A stretch of 64,000 bases of DNA from positions 640,001 through 704,000 of the forward strand of contig CAXXKA010000006.1 of NCBI GenBank assembly GCA_963668625.2. The letters run 5' to 3'. This document shows, piece by piece, positions 27,167 to 36,695 of the stretch (within the stretch, counting starts at the first letter, position 1; each line of letters opens with the position of its first letter). This stretch comes from an uncultured candidate division Zixibacteria bacterium (lineage in GTDB: Bacteria; Zixibacteria; MSB-5A5; UBA10806; 4484-95). The notes under the pieces were generated by a model. It did not search any database, was not told the DNA's origin, and saw only the letters and a list, made by a program, of their open reading frames with translations. Made by a program: the position numbers and the translations under genes.

Positions 27167-29965
27167 ATGGCTAAGAAAAAACGTAATGTGAACATAAATG
27201 AATTATATAAAATCATGAATGATGCCAACTCGTATTTCGAGCAGGGTAAGTATGATGTCGTTATTTCACTGTGTGAAACCGCTTTAAATGATTACACCGA
27301 AACGGCCGAAAAGCATGTGCTGGCCAAGATATATTTTACCTGGGTGTTATCCCAGATGCGTAAAAATGATTATGCCCCGATTAACGATATTATCTGCCGG
27401 GCTAAAAATGATATCGGTGAATATCTGGATTTGACTTTCATGCAGGTAATGTCCGCGTACGGTAGCCAGGAATGGCAGAATACGATCCATTGGGCGGAAA
27501 AATACCTGAGCGAACACGAACAGGCTGATCCCGCCGAAAAAAGCTACTTGAAACAAAGCTATAACTCGATCGACGAGGTTTTGTGGCTTGGGGGTGAAGC
27601 GGCTAAAAATATCGGTGATCTCGATAAGACAATCGAGATGATGGGAAAGGCCGTAAGCTATAATCCACTAAACCACCTTCACCGGGTTGAATTCGCCTCT
27701 CTGACCGCCAAAAACGGAAAATCGAATCAAGCGATGAAAATTCTCGATGAGGGGATCGAACTTTTTCCAAATCAGGTTGCCTTGAAAAACGCTAAGGGCT
27801 ACATGATGGGCGAACTGCGGATGTACGAGGAGGCAGAGCAGTATATATCGGAACTCTTGAAACAGTATCCTGACGATACCGATGCCAACAACAACCTGGG
27901 AGTGATTTACGATTCCCAGGGTAAGTATGATCTGGCCATGGAACAGTTCGAAAAAGTTTTGCAGGTCGAACCACAAAATCCAACGGCCAAAGAAAATCTC
28001 GAGAATTTGCGAAACACGGTCGAGGAAAAATACCAGACTATAAGCGCCGCTATGATAGTTAAGGATGAGGAAAATTTCCTGCCTCAATGCCTCGATAGCA
28101 TTAAAGACCTGGTCGATGAAATAATCATAGTCGATACCGGCTCCACCGATAGAACCATGGAGATAGCCCGTGAGTACGGGGCTAAAATATACGAACATCC
28201 CTGGGAAAACGATTTCTCATTGCACCGGAACCAGTCGATAGACTACGCCACCGGAGACTGGATATTAATTATTGACGCTGACGAGGAATTGAAAACCGAG
28301 GAACACGCCACGATAAGGCAGGCAATCAAACGCAAGGATGTTACCTCGATATCGTTCGTCGTTTACAATAAAATCCAGATGGGGCGTATCGGCTTTTTGA
28401 ACTCTCACAGGATGTTCAGGAACGGTTTAGGATTCAAATACCACGGTATCGTCCATAATCAACTGGTGGTCGAGGGCAAAACCTTGATGAGTCAGTTTAA
28501 AGTTATTCATCATGGTTACGGTCTTTCCGAGGAACAAATGGAGAAGAAAGGGAGACGCTCGGAGGCGCTTTTATTGAAACAGTTGGAGAAAAACCCGGAA
28601 CTGGTTTTTCCACATTTCAACCTGGCGCAAATTTATCGCGGCCTGGGTGAACCCGATAAAAGCCTCGAACACTCCAAATTCGTCGTGGACAATATCTCCG
28701 TAAGCGATTTGGATCATCGCCACGTAAGGCTAATGGCTATGGATCAGATGGGTTGCGCATATATAGGTATGGATAAATTCGAGGAAGCGGAAAGTGTTTT
28801 TAATGAAGCACTGACACTTCGTGATGATTATCTCGATCCGATGTTCAATATGGGCTTCATGTTCATGCGCCAGAGAAGGTATGAGGATGCCGAGAGGATA
28901 TTCAAACAATATTTGAATGCCCGCGATGATTACCGCCCGGAAAACGAGTGGATGGGTTTGATCCTGAATAACTTAAGCAGTCAATTCGCGGTTTACTACG
29001 CCCTGGGATTTATCGAATTTCTTAGAAATGATATCGATAAAGCCCTGGAATTATTCTTGAAATCCTACGAATTGACCGAAAATTTCGAATTTCTTCATCA
29101 TTTAATAGCCAGATGTTATCGAGAAAAAGGTATGTTCGATAAATCCTTAGAACATTGCGAAAAAGCCATTGAGACCAACAATGAGGATATCGAGATCAGG
29201 ATGATACAGGGGGAATCGTATCTCAACCTGAACAATGCCGAAAAAGCCCGTGAATGTTTTAATCGCGCCCTAGAACTCGATCCTGAAAACGAAAGCGCCA
29301 GGCTCGGTCTTATCGGCGCGGACTCATTAGATAGCAATCCCGAGGAGTTGTTGAAAGCGATTAACGATTTCCTCGAAAAATCTCCCAACTCTCCGCAGGG
29401 ATTAGTATCTAAAGGAGATGTACAATTCGATATGGGCGATTACTCCGACGCCAAACATTCTTATCAGGATGCGGCGCTGAAATATCCCGATGATTATAAA
29501 ATCTTGAATAATCTTGGCAATTGTTTCTTGAAAGAGAAGAATTTTGCCTCGGCCGAGGTTTATTATTTGATGGCCTTGCAAAGGAATAAGGATTTCTTCC
29601 CCGGGTATCGCAATCTGGCTATTACATTAATTAACCAGGAACGGTTCGAGGATGCCGCGGATTATCTGGAGTATTATGTCAGAAATAATCCCGGCGATAG
29701 CGAAATATACGCGACTCTCGGTGACATCTATTATAAGAGTAAAAATTATACCAAAGCGGTCGGCCAGTTCGAAAAGTACATTAACGCGTTTCCATCCAAT
29801 ATGGACGCCATAATTCGTTTATCGGACTGTTATTTCAATCTTGGTAAATTAAAGGCGGCCGCGGCAGGCTATAAAGCGGTATTGGTAAAGCAGCCCTCCA
29901 ATGAAATTGCCGCAAATAGATTGAAAGAATTAAACACTTTTTTGAAACCGGTTGAATCGCAATAG
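27167..29965 (+). CDS. TPR-rich GT2 glycosyltransferase, probable flagellin glycosyltransferase
   Basis: Central ISAAMIVKDEE.FLPQCL.S...DEIIIVDTGSTD.T...DFS.HRN.S...ATGDWILIIDADE...VHNQL...HHGY, with TPR arrays on both sides. Adjacent to flagellin. Confidence 0.92.
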   Translation: MAKKKRNVNINELYKIMNDANSYFEQGKYDVVISLCETALNDYTETAEKHVLAKIYFTWVLSQMRKNDYAPINDIICRAKNDIGEYLDLTFMQVMSAYGSQEWQNTIHWAEKYLSEHEQADPAEKSYLKQSYNSIDEVLWLGGEAAKNIGDLDKTIEMMGKAVSYNPLNHLHRVEFASLTAKNGKSNQAMKILDEGIELFPNQVALKNAKGYMMGELRMYEEAEQYISELLKQYPDDTDANNNLGVIYDSQGKYDLAMEQFEKVLQVEPQNPTAKENLENLRNTVEEKYQTISAAMIVKDEENFLPQCLDSIKDLVDEIIIVDTGSTDRTMEIAREYGAKIYEHPWENDFSLHRNQSIDYATGDWILIIDADEELKTEEHATIRQAIKRKDVTSISFVVYNKIQMGRIGFLNSHRMFRNGLGFKYHGIVHNQLVVEGKTLMSQFKVIHHGYGLSEEQMEKKGRRSEALLLKQLEKNPELVFPHFNLAQIYRGLGEPDKSLEHSKFVVDNISVSDLDHRHVRLMAMDQMGCAYIGMDKFEEAESVFNEALTLRDDYLDPMFNMGFMFMRQRRYEDAERIFKQYLNARDDYRPENEWMGLILNNLSSQFAVYYALGFIEFLRNDIDKALELFLKSYELTENFEFLHHLIARCYREKGMFDKSLEHCEKAIETNNEDIEIRMIQGESYLNLNNAEKARECFNRALELDPENESARLGLIGADSLDSNPEELLKAINDFLEKSPNSPQGLVSKGDVQFDMGDYSDAKHSYQDAALKYPDDYKILNNLGNCFLKEKNFASAEVYYLMALQRNKDFFPGYRNLAITLINQERFEDAADYLEYYVRNNPGDSEIYATLGDIYYKSKNYTKAVGQFEKYINAFPSNMDAIIRLSDCYFNLGKLKAAAAGYKAVLVKQPSNEIAANRLKELNTFLKPVESQ

Positions 29966-29996
29966 GTTAACAATTCACCTTGAAACCCTATAACGC

Positions 29997-30023
29997 TAAA
30001 ATTTTTTCGCATTATGTCGAAAT
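29997..30023 (+). promoter_or_regulatory. sigma28 promoter of flagellin
   Basis: TAAA-N15-GTCGAAAT. Confidence 0.7.
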
Positions 30024-30123
30024 ATATAAGGAAATAGTATTTGTAAGAAAACGCAGTATACAAAAGGAGGTGGAGAGACAATTATTTCCTGCGAGACACT
30101 CGCAGTAATTTAACTTCGCAAAA

Positions 30124-30162
30124 GCAAACAATGGACGTTTGCAGACTATTTTCAAGGAGGAA
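30124..30162 (+). promoter_or_regulatory. CsrA-binding sites in the flagellin mRNA leader
   Basis: Hairpin GCAAAC-aATGGAc-GTTTGC with ANGGA in the loop, plus TTC-AAGGAG-GAA overlapping the SD. Same layout as B. subtilis hag. Confidence 0.8.
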
Positions 30163-30167
30163 CTTAA

Positions 30168-32420
30168 ATGGCGTTAAGAATTAACCACAACATCACAGCC
30201 TTGGATGCCTGGAGAAACTTGACAGAAACTACACGTAAGATGTCAAGTACCATGGAGAAACTTTCCTCAGGTTATCGTGTAAATAGGGCTTCTGATGATC
30301 CGGCAGGCTTGGTGATTTCGGAACAGTTCCGCGCTCAGATCGCAGGTTTGAACCGCGCGGTCCAGAACTCAGAGGGATCGATCAATATGATCCAGACCGC
30401 TGAGGGCGCTCTGAACGAAATCAACAACCTTCTGGTTTCTATGAGAGAGTTGGCCATTCACGCGGCTAACGAAGGTTTCAACGATGACGATCAGTTGGCA
30501 GCCGACCAGGCTGAGATAACCAACGCGATCAGCACCATCACTCGTATCGCGCAGAACACCCAGTTCGGTACGAAGAAGTTACTCGATGGTTCGACGGCAA
30601 ACTCCGCCGTTATTACCAGCGCTAATACTTCTAATGTCAACCTGAGTGATTCTCAGTTGGAAGATGGTGTACATAGCGTGACCGCGGTTCAGTTAACCGA
30701 ATCCTCAGCCTCAATCGATTCAACCACTTTCGGTCTCTCGAACCCGACCGGTCCGTATAACCTGACAGACGGCGTTCATGATCTCGATGTTATTCAGGCC
30801 TCGAGCGGCGCCGTTAAAACAGGCGACGCGATAAGCGCTCTGGATGCCTGGGGTAACGGTATTTCCATTACCGGTACAGCCGCCTCCGTTAGAGAGGGCA
30901 AAATCGCCGCTACTACCGGTATGACAAGTGTAGCTAATAGCGTACAGCACACGATCACTTTCCAGGTTAACTTCCAGGAAATGGGTTCGAACGCTGTTGG
31001 TATGCAGACTATCTCTATTCGTACCGACGCTGTGGCATCCGCTGACCTGGTCGCTAATATAGCCTCCAAATTAAACGATGCTATCAATTCGAATACCTAC
31101 CTGGCCGGTAAGGTATATGCCACCTCGACTAACAATGCAGGCGCTGATACGATGACTCTGCGTACCACCAACACCGGTACCCAGTATTCGATCGCTGTTG
31201 GCAGCGTAACCGCTACCAACGCCAGTATCAATACCGCTTTGTCGAGTCTGGCCAACCAGAACGACCGTGGCCGTTCGGATAACGATCTGTCGATCACCGC
31301 TCAGTTCGCTTCGAGTTCGACCCTTATCGATGCGTTCACTCGTACCGAAACATTCGCTATCGGTTCGGGTACGTTCAACACCTTGAGCGCCCTGGTTGCC
31401 ACTATCAACGCTAAGCTTACTCTGGACTCGGTATTCGGTACATACAATGATACCACTACCGGTGAAGCTCAGAAAGTTTACGCCACGGTAGTCGCTGCCG
31501 GTGGACAGAATTACATGAAACTCTTCACTTCAGATCAAGGCTCCAAGTTCTCGTTGAAAGTCAACGCGACCGGTGGTACCGCGACTGATTTGAACAATGT
31601 TCTCGGCCTCTCCGTCGATAGTATTGCCAACACCGGTACGGATGCGATCATTCGTTTCGATGGTTACAACAACACCATCAACGATGTTCGTTACTTCTAT
31701 ACCGATTCGGCTTACGATCAGAGGAGCACGCTCTATACCTCGGCTGATACCACCTCGAGGGGTTCGGTAACAATCGATAGAGCCGCCGGCCAGACTAACG
31801 GAGGTATCAATGTCGGCAGTATGCTTCTGAGCGTTAACGCCAGAACATTCGCTGTTCAGCTTGATGGCGGTAATCAAACCGTTGTTACTGCCGGTAAAGA
31901 ATCCACCGTGTTCAACTCTCAGCAAGACCAGTCGATCAAGGTCAGGTACGCGCTTAACTCTGACGGTGGAACCGAGCAACTCTTCGTTACCGATCAGTCA
32001 CTCGTGTTCCAGATCGGCGCCAATGTTGGCCAGACCGCCAAGATTGGTATTGCCGATATGTCAGCTGACAACCTGGGTAAAAACCTTGGCGGTAACATGT
32101 TCTCTAATCTGTCCGAGATCGATGTCACATCCTCACAGGGTGCGCAGGATGCTCAGGAGATTATCGACGCTGCTATTACCGAGGTTACCAATATCAGGGG
32201 TACGATGGGTTCGTTCCAGAAGAACACTCTGGAATCCAACCTGACAAACCTCCGTATTGCTGCTCAAAACTTGACCGCTTCGGAGGCTTCAATTCGTGAC
32301 ACTGATATGGCTAAAACCATGTCCGAGTTCGTCAAATACCAGATCCTGAACCAGGCTGGCACCGCTATGCTTGCTCAGGGTAACCAGATTCCGCAGACTG
32401 TGTTGTCTCTGTTCGGTTAA
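30168..32420 (+). CDS. fliC: flagellin (750 aa)
   Basis: MALRINHNI, EKLSSGYRVNRASDDPAGL, IQTAEGALNE, FQIGAN, IRDTDMA, QAGTAMLAQ.NQ.PQ.VLSL. Strongly biased codon usage. Confidence 0.98.
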   Translation: MALRINHNITALDAWRNLTETTRKMSSTMEKLSSGYRVNRASDDPAGLVISEQFRAQIAGLNRAVQNSEGSINMIQTAEGALNEINNLLVSMRELAIHAANEGFNDDDQLAADQAEITNAISTITRIAQNTQFGTKKLLDGSTANSAVITSANTSNVNLSDSQLEDGVHSVTAVQLTESSASIDSTTFGLSNPTGPYNLTDGVHDLDVIQASSGAVKTGDAISALDAWGNGISITGTAASVREGKIAATTGMTSVANSVQHTITFQVNFQEMGSNAVGMQTISIRTDAVASADLVANIASKLNDAINSNTYLAGKVYATSTNNAGADTMTLRTTNTGTQYSIAVGSVTATNASINTALSSLANQNDRGRSDNDLSITAQFASSSTLIDAFTRTETFAIGSGTFNTLSALVATINAKLTLDSVFGTYNDTTTGEAQKVYATVVAAGGQNYMKLFTSDQGSKFSLKVNATGGTATDLNNVLGLSVDSIANTGTDAIIRFDGYNNTINDVRYFYTDSAYDQRSTLYTSADTTSRGSVTIDRAAGQTNGGINVGSMLLSVNARTFAVQLDGGNQTVVTAGKESTVFNSQQDQSIKVRYALNSDGGTEQLFVTDQSLVFQIGANVGQTAKIGIADMSADNLGKNLGGNMFSNLSEIDVTSSQGAQDAQEIIDAAITEVTNIRGTMGSFQKNTLESNLTNLRIAAQNLTASEASIRDTDMAKTMSEFVKYQILNQAGTAMLAQGNQIPQTVLSLFG

Positions 32421-32430
32421 TTTTAACTTT

Positions 32431-32457
32431 GAGGGGGACGTTTATAGCGTCCTCCTC
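32431..32457 (+). terminator. stem-loop downstream of flagellin
   Basis: GAGGGGGACGT-ttata-GCGTCCTCCTC. No U-tract, so possibly a stabilising or partial terminator. Confidence 0.5.
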
Positions 32458-32480
32458 TCCCGTTAAAGGGGGTACTTGAT

Positions 32481-32891
32481 ATGGCAAATGATCTTACTAC
32501 CCAACAGGTCGCTGACAGGGCTGTCAAAGGACACAGCCTGGCGTTGGGTGGTGTCGAAAAGGCAAAAGCCCCTGTCAGAAGAGACAATACTGTACAGCAG
32601 CCCGTTGACGCCAGGGCGGCTGAACTTGAAGCGATCAAGAAGCAAATGCCTGAGGACACCGAGAAGGTTAAGCAAATGGTCGAAGAAACGGTTGACTATT
32701 TCAATAATCTTGTCAAAGAGCTTCAAGTAGATCTGAGGTATGAAGTTGATGATGAAACCGATGAGGTTATCATTAAATTCTTTGAAAAGGGAACAGACAA
32801 GTTGATCAGGCAATTCCCGCCTGAGGAAATCATACATCTCAAACAAAGGATCAGTGATCTTCTTGGAATCATCTACGATGAAACGGCTTAA
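32481..32891 (+). CDS. flaG: flagellar protein FlaG
   Basis: LRYEVDDETDEVIIK.....TDKLIRQFPPEEI...GIIYDE. Between flagellin and fliD. Confidence 0.93.
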   Translation: MANDLTTQQVADRAVKGHSLALGGVEKAKAPVRRDNTVQQPVDARAAELEAIKKQMPEDTEKVKQMVEETVDYFNNLVKELQVDLRYEVDDETDEVIIKFFEKGTDKLIRQFPPEEIIHLKQRISDLLGIIYDETA

Positions 32892-32896
32892 AACTG

Positions 32897-32928
32897 AGGG
32901 GGAATCCCCTAACCAGGGGATTTCCCTT
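32897..32928 (+). terminator. strong stem-loop between flaG and fliD
   Basis: AGGGGGAATCCCCT-aacc-AGGGGATTTCCCTT. Confidence 0.5.
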
Positions 32929-32945
32929 AATTAAAGGATTGAATT

Positions 32946-35276
32946 ATGGGTGGAGCTATTGAAGGCATAATCTCGGGATTCAGCACCTCCGAGATGATCG
33001 AGGCCATACTAACATACGAGAGTAACCAAATCTCTCTGGTACAGGCCAGCCAGACTGAAGCTACCAATAAATTAACGACCTGGAAATCTATCGAGGCTTT
33101 AATGGTGAGTATTAAAGCGGATGCGAATTTATTATCCGATAAAAGCCTGTGGTATGCCAAGTCAGCGACTTCATCAAATGAAGATATTATATCCATTAGT
33201 GCAGGCAACGATACCTCGCCGGGCAATTACTTTCTCACCGTCGACCAACTCGCTACTCATCACCAGGTAGCCAGTCAGGGGATATCCTCGCAGACGCAAT
33301 CGTTTGGCTCGGGTACTTTCGAGATTGAGGTGGGCAATGGAACTAAAACGACAATATCTATCGACAACTCGAATAATACTTTAAATTCACTGAAAGATGC
33401 TATTAATGAATCAGGCGCCGGAGTCACTGCGGCGGTTATTAACGACGGTTCCGAATTCAATCAATACAGGTTAGTGCTTACCGCCGATGATTCGGGATCG
33501 GCGGGCGAGATTACTGTCACCACCGATTTATCGGGTGAGACTGTTCCGATTTTCGGTTCGGCTTTCGATTTGCCCGAAAAGCTCTCCTGGAGCGATGAGG
33601 CGACCGCCAATCCTATCCTCACGACCGGTGCGACTTATACTGGTAATGAAAATAAAACATACACATTTACCGTATCCGGAACCGGACAACAGACCATCGG
33701 AGACGGAGATATCGAGGTCGAATGGACCGACGGTACCAACAGCGGCACCATCACGGTCTCGGCTTCCGATACCGACATCGTGCTTACCGGCGACGGCGCT
33801 GACGGCTTATCGTTATATTTCTCGGCCGGCGATTTGATGGCCGGCGATACTTTCCAGGTGCAAACATTTGCGGAGACGATTCAACAAGGGCAGGATGCCC
33901 AGGTTCGTTTGGGTAGCTCCGAGGGTGGTGGTTCGCCCATAGTATTCACTCATTACAGTAATACCATTACCGATCTCATTGACGGCGTAACTCTGAACCT
34001 GAACTCCATAAGCGATGGCGAACAGGTCGAAATAAAAATCGAAGAGGACAGGGATCAGATCAAAAACCAGATCAGCTCATTCGTGCAAAGGTATAACGAA
34101 TACCAGGAATTTATCGACAGCCAGTTCTCATACAGCGAGGATGCCGGCAAAGCGGGATTGCTCTTGGGGGAAACCTCACTGATGCTTCTGCATAACGATA
34201 TAAGATCCACGATCACCAATTCCTTAACCGGTCTTCCCGATGACATGAGGCGACTCGGACAAGCCGGAATCACGTTCGATTCATCCGGCCAGTTGACTTT
34301 CGACTCATCGGTTTTCGATGAAGCCATCGAGGAAGATTTCACCAAATTGATGAACCTCTTCAAGTCCAACGGCGCTACCAATCATGCCGGTATAGAATAT
34401 ATCTCCTCGAGCGGGGTGACTCAGATTTCAACGTCCGGTTATGATGTCAATATTACTCAGGCCGCTACAAAGGGTTCGTATACCGGTACCAGCATCGATA
34501 ATCCGGCGGTATCGCCATTGACTCTGAATGATACCAACAATATGTTTCAGGTGACTATCAACAATATTACCTCGGATGAAATAGAGCTTACCGAGAAAAC
34601 CTACAATTCGGGCGAGGAACTGGCTCAGGAACTCGAGGACAGGATTAACGATGACACTAATGTGTCAGGAATCGGCGTTACCGTGGAGTGGGTCGATGGC
34701 GGCAACAGCGGTAATCTGGTTATTCGTTCGAATACCTACGGCGCAACTTCAACGATTGTCGTGGATGTCGAACCTGAGAACAGCGCTCATCAAATACTTG
34801 GCTTGAAAGAAGGCTCATCCGAGGAAGGGCTGGATGTCGAGGGAACGATAAACGGCGAAAGTGCAACCGGGGTTGGACAATTTTTAACCGGCAACAGCAG
34901 CAATGAAAATACCGCTGATTTGAAATTACTGATAACTTTAACGGAAGCGGATTTAACCGAAGACGCCGAGGGATTGATTTATTTCAATAAGGGCATCGCC
35001 GACGTTTTAAACGATAAGCTGACTAACTACACCGATCCTTACGAAGGCGTTCTTAAAAGCCGTAAGGATTCTATGGAAAAGTCAATAGAAAGCTACGCTG
35101 ACCGTATCACATTCCTATCGGGGCTGATGGAGTCCAAGCGTGAAGCATTGTATACTCAATTCGCTGAAATGGAGTCGGCTCTTGCCGAACTTCAAGTGCA
35201 GGAAGAATATATAACATCAATGACTGAGACCATGAGTAATATTAGTAACTTCAGGGTATCAGGAGGCCGCAGCTAA
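32946..35276 (+). CDS. fliD: flagellar filament cap protein FliD (776 aa)
   Basis: G..SGF.T..MIE.I, V.QLA..HQ, L.DAIN....GVTA.VINDG...YRLVLT, SNTITDLIDGVTLNL, FV..YN, LY.QF.EME.AL. Confidence 0.95.
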   Translation: MGGAIEGIISGFSTSEMIEAILTYESNQISLVQASQTEATNKLTTWKSIEALMVSIKADANLLSDKSLWYAKSATSSNEDIISISAGNDTSPGNYFLTVDQLATHHQVASQGISSQTQSFGSGTFEIEVGNGTKTTISIDNSNNTLNSLKDAINESGAGVTAAVINDGSEFNQYRLVLTADDSGSAGEITVTTDLSGETVPIFGSAFDLPEKLSWSDEATANPILTTGATYTGNENKTYTFTVSGTGQQTIGDGDIEVEWTDGTNSGTITVSASDTDIVLTGDGADGLSLYFSAGDLMAGDTFQVQTFAETIQQGQDAQVRLGSSEGGGSPIVFTHYSNTITDLIDGVTLNLNSISDGEQVEIKIEEDRDQIKNQISSFVQRYNEYQEFIDSQFSYSEDAGKAGLLLGETSLMLLHNDIRSTITNSLTGLPDDMRRLGQAGITFDSSGQLTFDSSVFDEAIEEDFTKLMNLFKSNGATNHAGIEYISSSGVTQISTSGYDVNITQAATKGSYTGTSIDNPAVSPLTLNDTNNMFQVTINNITSDEIELTEKTYNSGEELAQELEDRINDDTNVSGIGVTVEWVDGGNSGNLVIRSNTYGATSTIVVDVEPENSAHQILGLKEGSSEEGLDVEGTINGESATGVGQFLTGNSSNENTADLKLLITLTEADLTEDAEGLIYFNKGIADVLNDKLTNYTDPYEGVLKSRKDSMEKSIESYADRITFLSGLMESKREALYTQFAEMESALAELQVQEEYITSMTETMSNISNFRVSGGRS

Positions 35277-35283
35277 GGAGCAT

Positions 35284-35718
35284 ATGGACAAACAAGTAAA
35301 AACATATCAGCAGATGCATGTCTCGGGTCTTAACCAGAAAGAGCTTATCGTAATGCTCTATTCCGGGGCATTGAAATTCATCGAAGAGGGTAAACAGATC
35401 ATTCACACCAATGATATACCCGGGATTCATGATAAGCTTAATCGAGCGAGGAATATTTTCATTCATCTCCTCGCGACCCTGGATTTGGAAAGGGGCGGTG
35501 AATTGGCGCAGAAACTGTCCTCGCTTTACGCATATTTCATAGAAAAGATCACCGTTGCCAATGTCACTAAAAAGGAAAAGGATCTGGATGAGATTATACC
35601 TCTGATTCAGAGCATCAAGGAATCGTGGGAGAATCTGGATTTGAAAAACGCTGATGTCGATGATCATCATAAAACAACGTCCATCAATACTAAGCAAGTA
35701 TTGTCTCTGGAGGTTTAG
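35284..35718 (+). CDS. fliS: flagellin export chaperone FliS
   Basis: ELIVMLYSGALKF, L..TLDLERGGELAQKL.SLY.Y, IKESW. Confidence 0.96.
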   Translation: MDKQVKTYQQMHVSGLNQKELIVMLYSGALKFIEEGKQIIHTNDIPGIHDKLNRARNIFIHLLATLDLERGGELAQKLSSLYAYFIEKITVANVTKKEKDLDEIIPLIQSIKESWENLDLKNADVDDHHKTTSINTKQVLSLEV

Positions 35719-36104
35719 TGCAGGAGAATCTTGAAAAAGTAAAACGGATATTTATCCAGAAGATCGATACTGTTTCTAAAATCGAAAAAAGGCTTTCCGA
35801 GGAATTGAAAAGAAACAGGGATAATTCATGGGGCGTATCCGTAATAAATGAGGTGGGAGTACATTTTAACAGGTTAAGGGATCTGGATAGAGAACATAAC
35901 GAAATCGAGTGGATACGGATCGTCGGCTCGGATACGGAAACCCTCAAACTGGCGAATAAACTTCAAACCTCCATGCGGGATGTCAAAAAATTGATGTCGA
36001 TTTTCAGGATGAAAATCAAGGGTGGGCAGGAGATTGTCAAAGGCGAATTAAGAAAGATAGTGAAAGCTAAGAAGGTAAATAGATATAAATCAATGTATGT
36101 TTAA
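35718..36104 (+). CDS. hypothetical helical protein (FliT-like by position)
   Basis: GTG start with GGAGG directly after fliS. Helical, ending K.VNRY. Confidence 0.55.
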   Translation: MQENLEKVKRIFIQKIDTVSKIEKRLSEELKRNRDNSWGVSVINEVGVHFNRLRDLDREHNEIEWIRIVGSDTETLKLANKLQTSMRDVKKLMSIFRMKIKGGQEIVKGELRKIVKAKKVNRYKSMYV

Positions 36105-36131
36105 ACAGGGGAATCACAGGGCGAAACGTAT

Positions 36132-36158
36132 TAAAGTTTCAAGCGCCTGATCCGATAT
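36132..36158 (+). promoter_or_regulatory. sigma28 promoter of flgM-HDOD
   Basis: TAAAGTTT-N11-TCCGATAT, near-perfect consensus. Confidence 0.85.
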
Positions 36159-36176
36159 AGGGAGAAGAGGTGCTTT

Positions 36177-36662
36177 ATGAAGATTGAAGGAATGGGGATT
36201 CCGCAACAACCGGATCCCAAAGGAAAAAAGATAAAAGAAACCAAGCAGGCCGAGAAGTCACAAGAGACTCAAAAGCCGGTTTCTGATTCTGTTGAGCTTA
36301 ATAAAGGCAAAAAACAGATACAAAACGCCGGGTATTCGCAGCAAATAGCAAAGGGAGGAGCCTCGGATATCGCTTCAAAGAAGGATTTATCCGAACTCAA
36401 AGACAGAACAGCTAACGGGTATTACGATAAGCGGGAAATTAGAGAAGAAACTTCCGAAAAACTCATTGACAGCAATGAGCTTAAGGACGTTGTCAAAGAA
36501 TATCATTTATCCAATCTTTCCAAAGAGATTTTGTCGAAGGATTCCGATATACGCCACGAACGGGTTGCGGATGCTAAGCAGAGGATAGCCCAGGGTTATT
36601 ACGATGATCCTCAAAATTACGGGAACATTGCTGATAAAATCATGAATCATTTTGGGCTCTAA
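36177..36662 (+). CDS. flgM: anti-sigma28 factor FlgM-like protein with duplicated C-terminal motif
   Basis: MKI, DSVEL, DIRHERVADAKQRIAQGYY...IADKIM, and its own sigma28 promoter. Confidence 0.8.
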   Translation: MKIEGMGIPQQPDPKGKKIKETKQAEKSQETQKPVSDSVELNKGKKQIQNAGYSQQIAKGGASDIASKKDLSELKDRTANGYYDKREIREETSEKLIDSNELKDVVKEYHLSNLSKEILSKDSDIRHERVADAKQRIAQGYYDDPQNYGNIADKIMNHFGL

Positions 36663-36695
36663 TTGAACTATTATTTAGCAGCAAGGAATAATTAA

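Noticed and set aside
30110-30145. c-di-GMP-I riboswitch in the flagellin leader (GCAAA motifs)
   Set aside because: No GNRA-capped P2/P3 architecture. The hairpin is better explained as a CsrA site.
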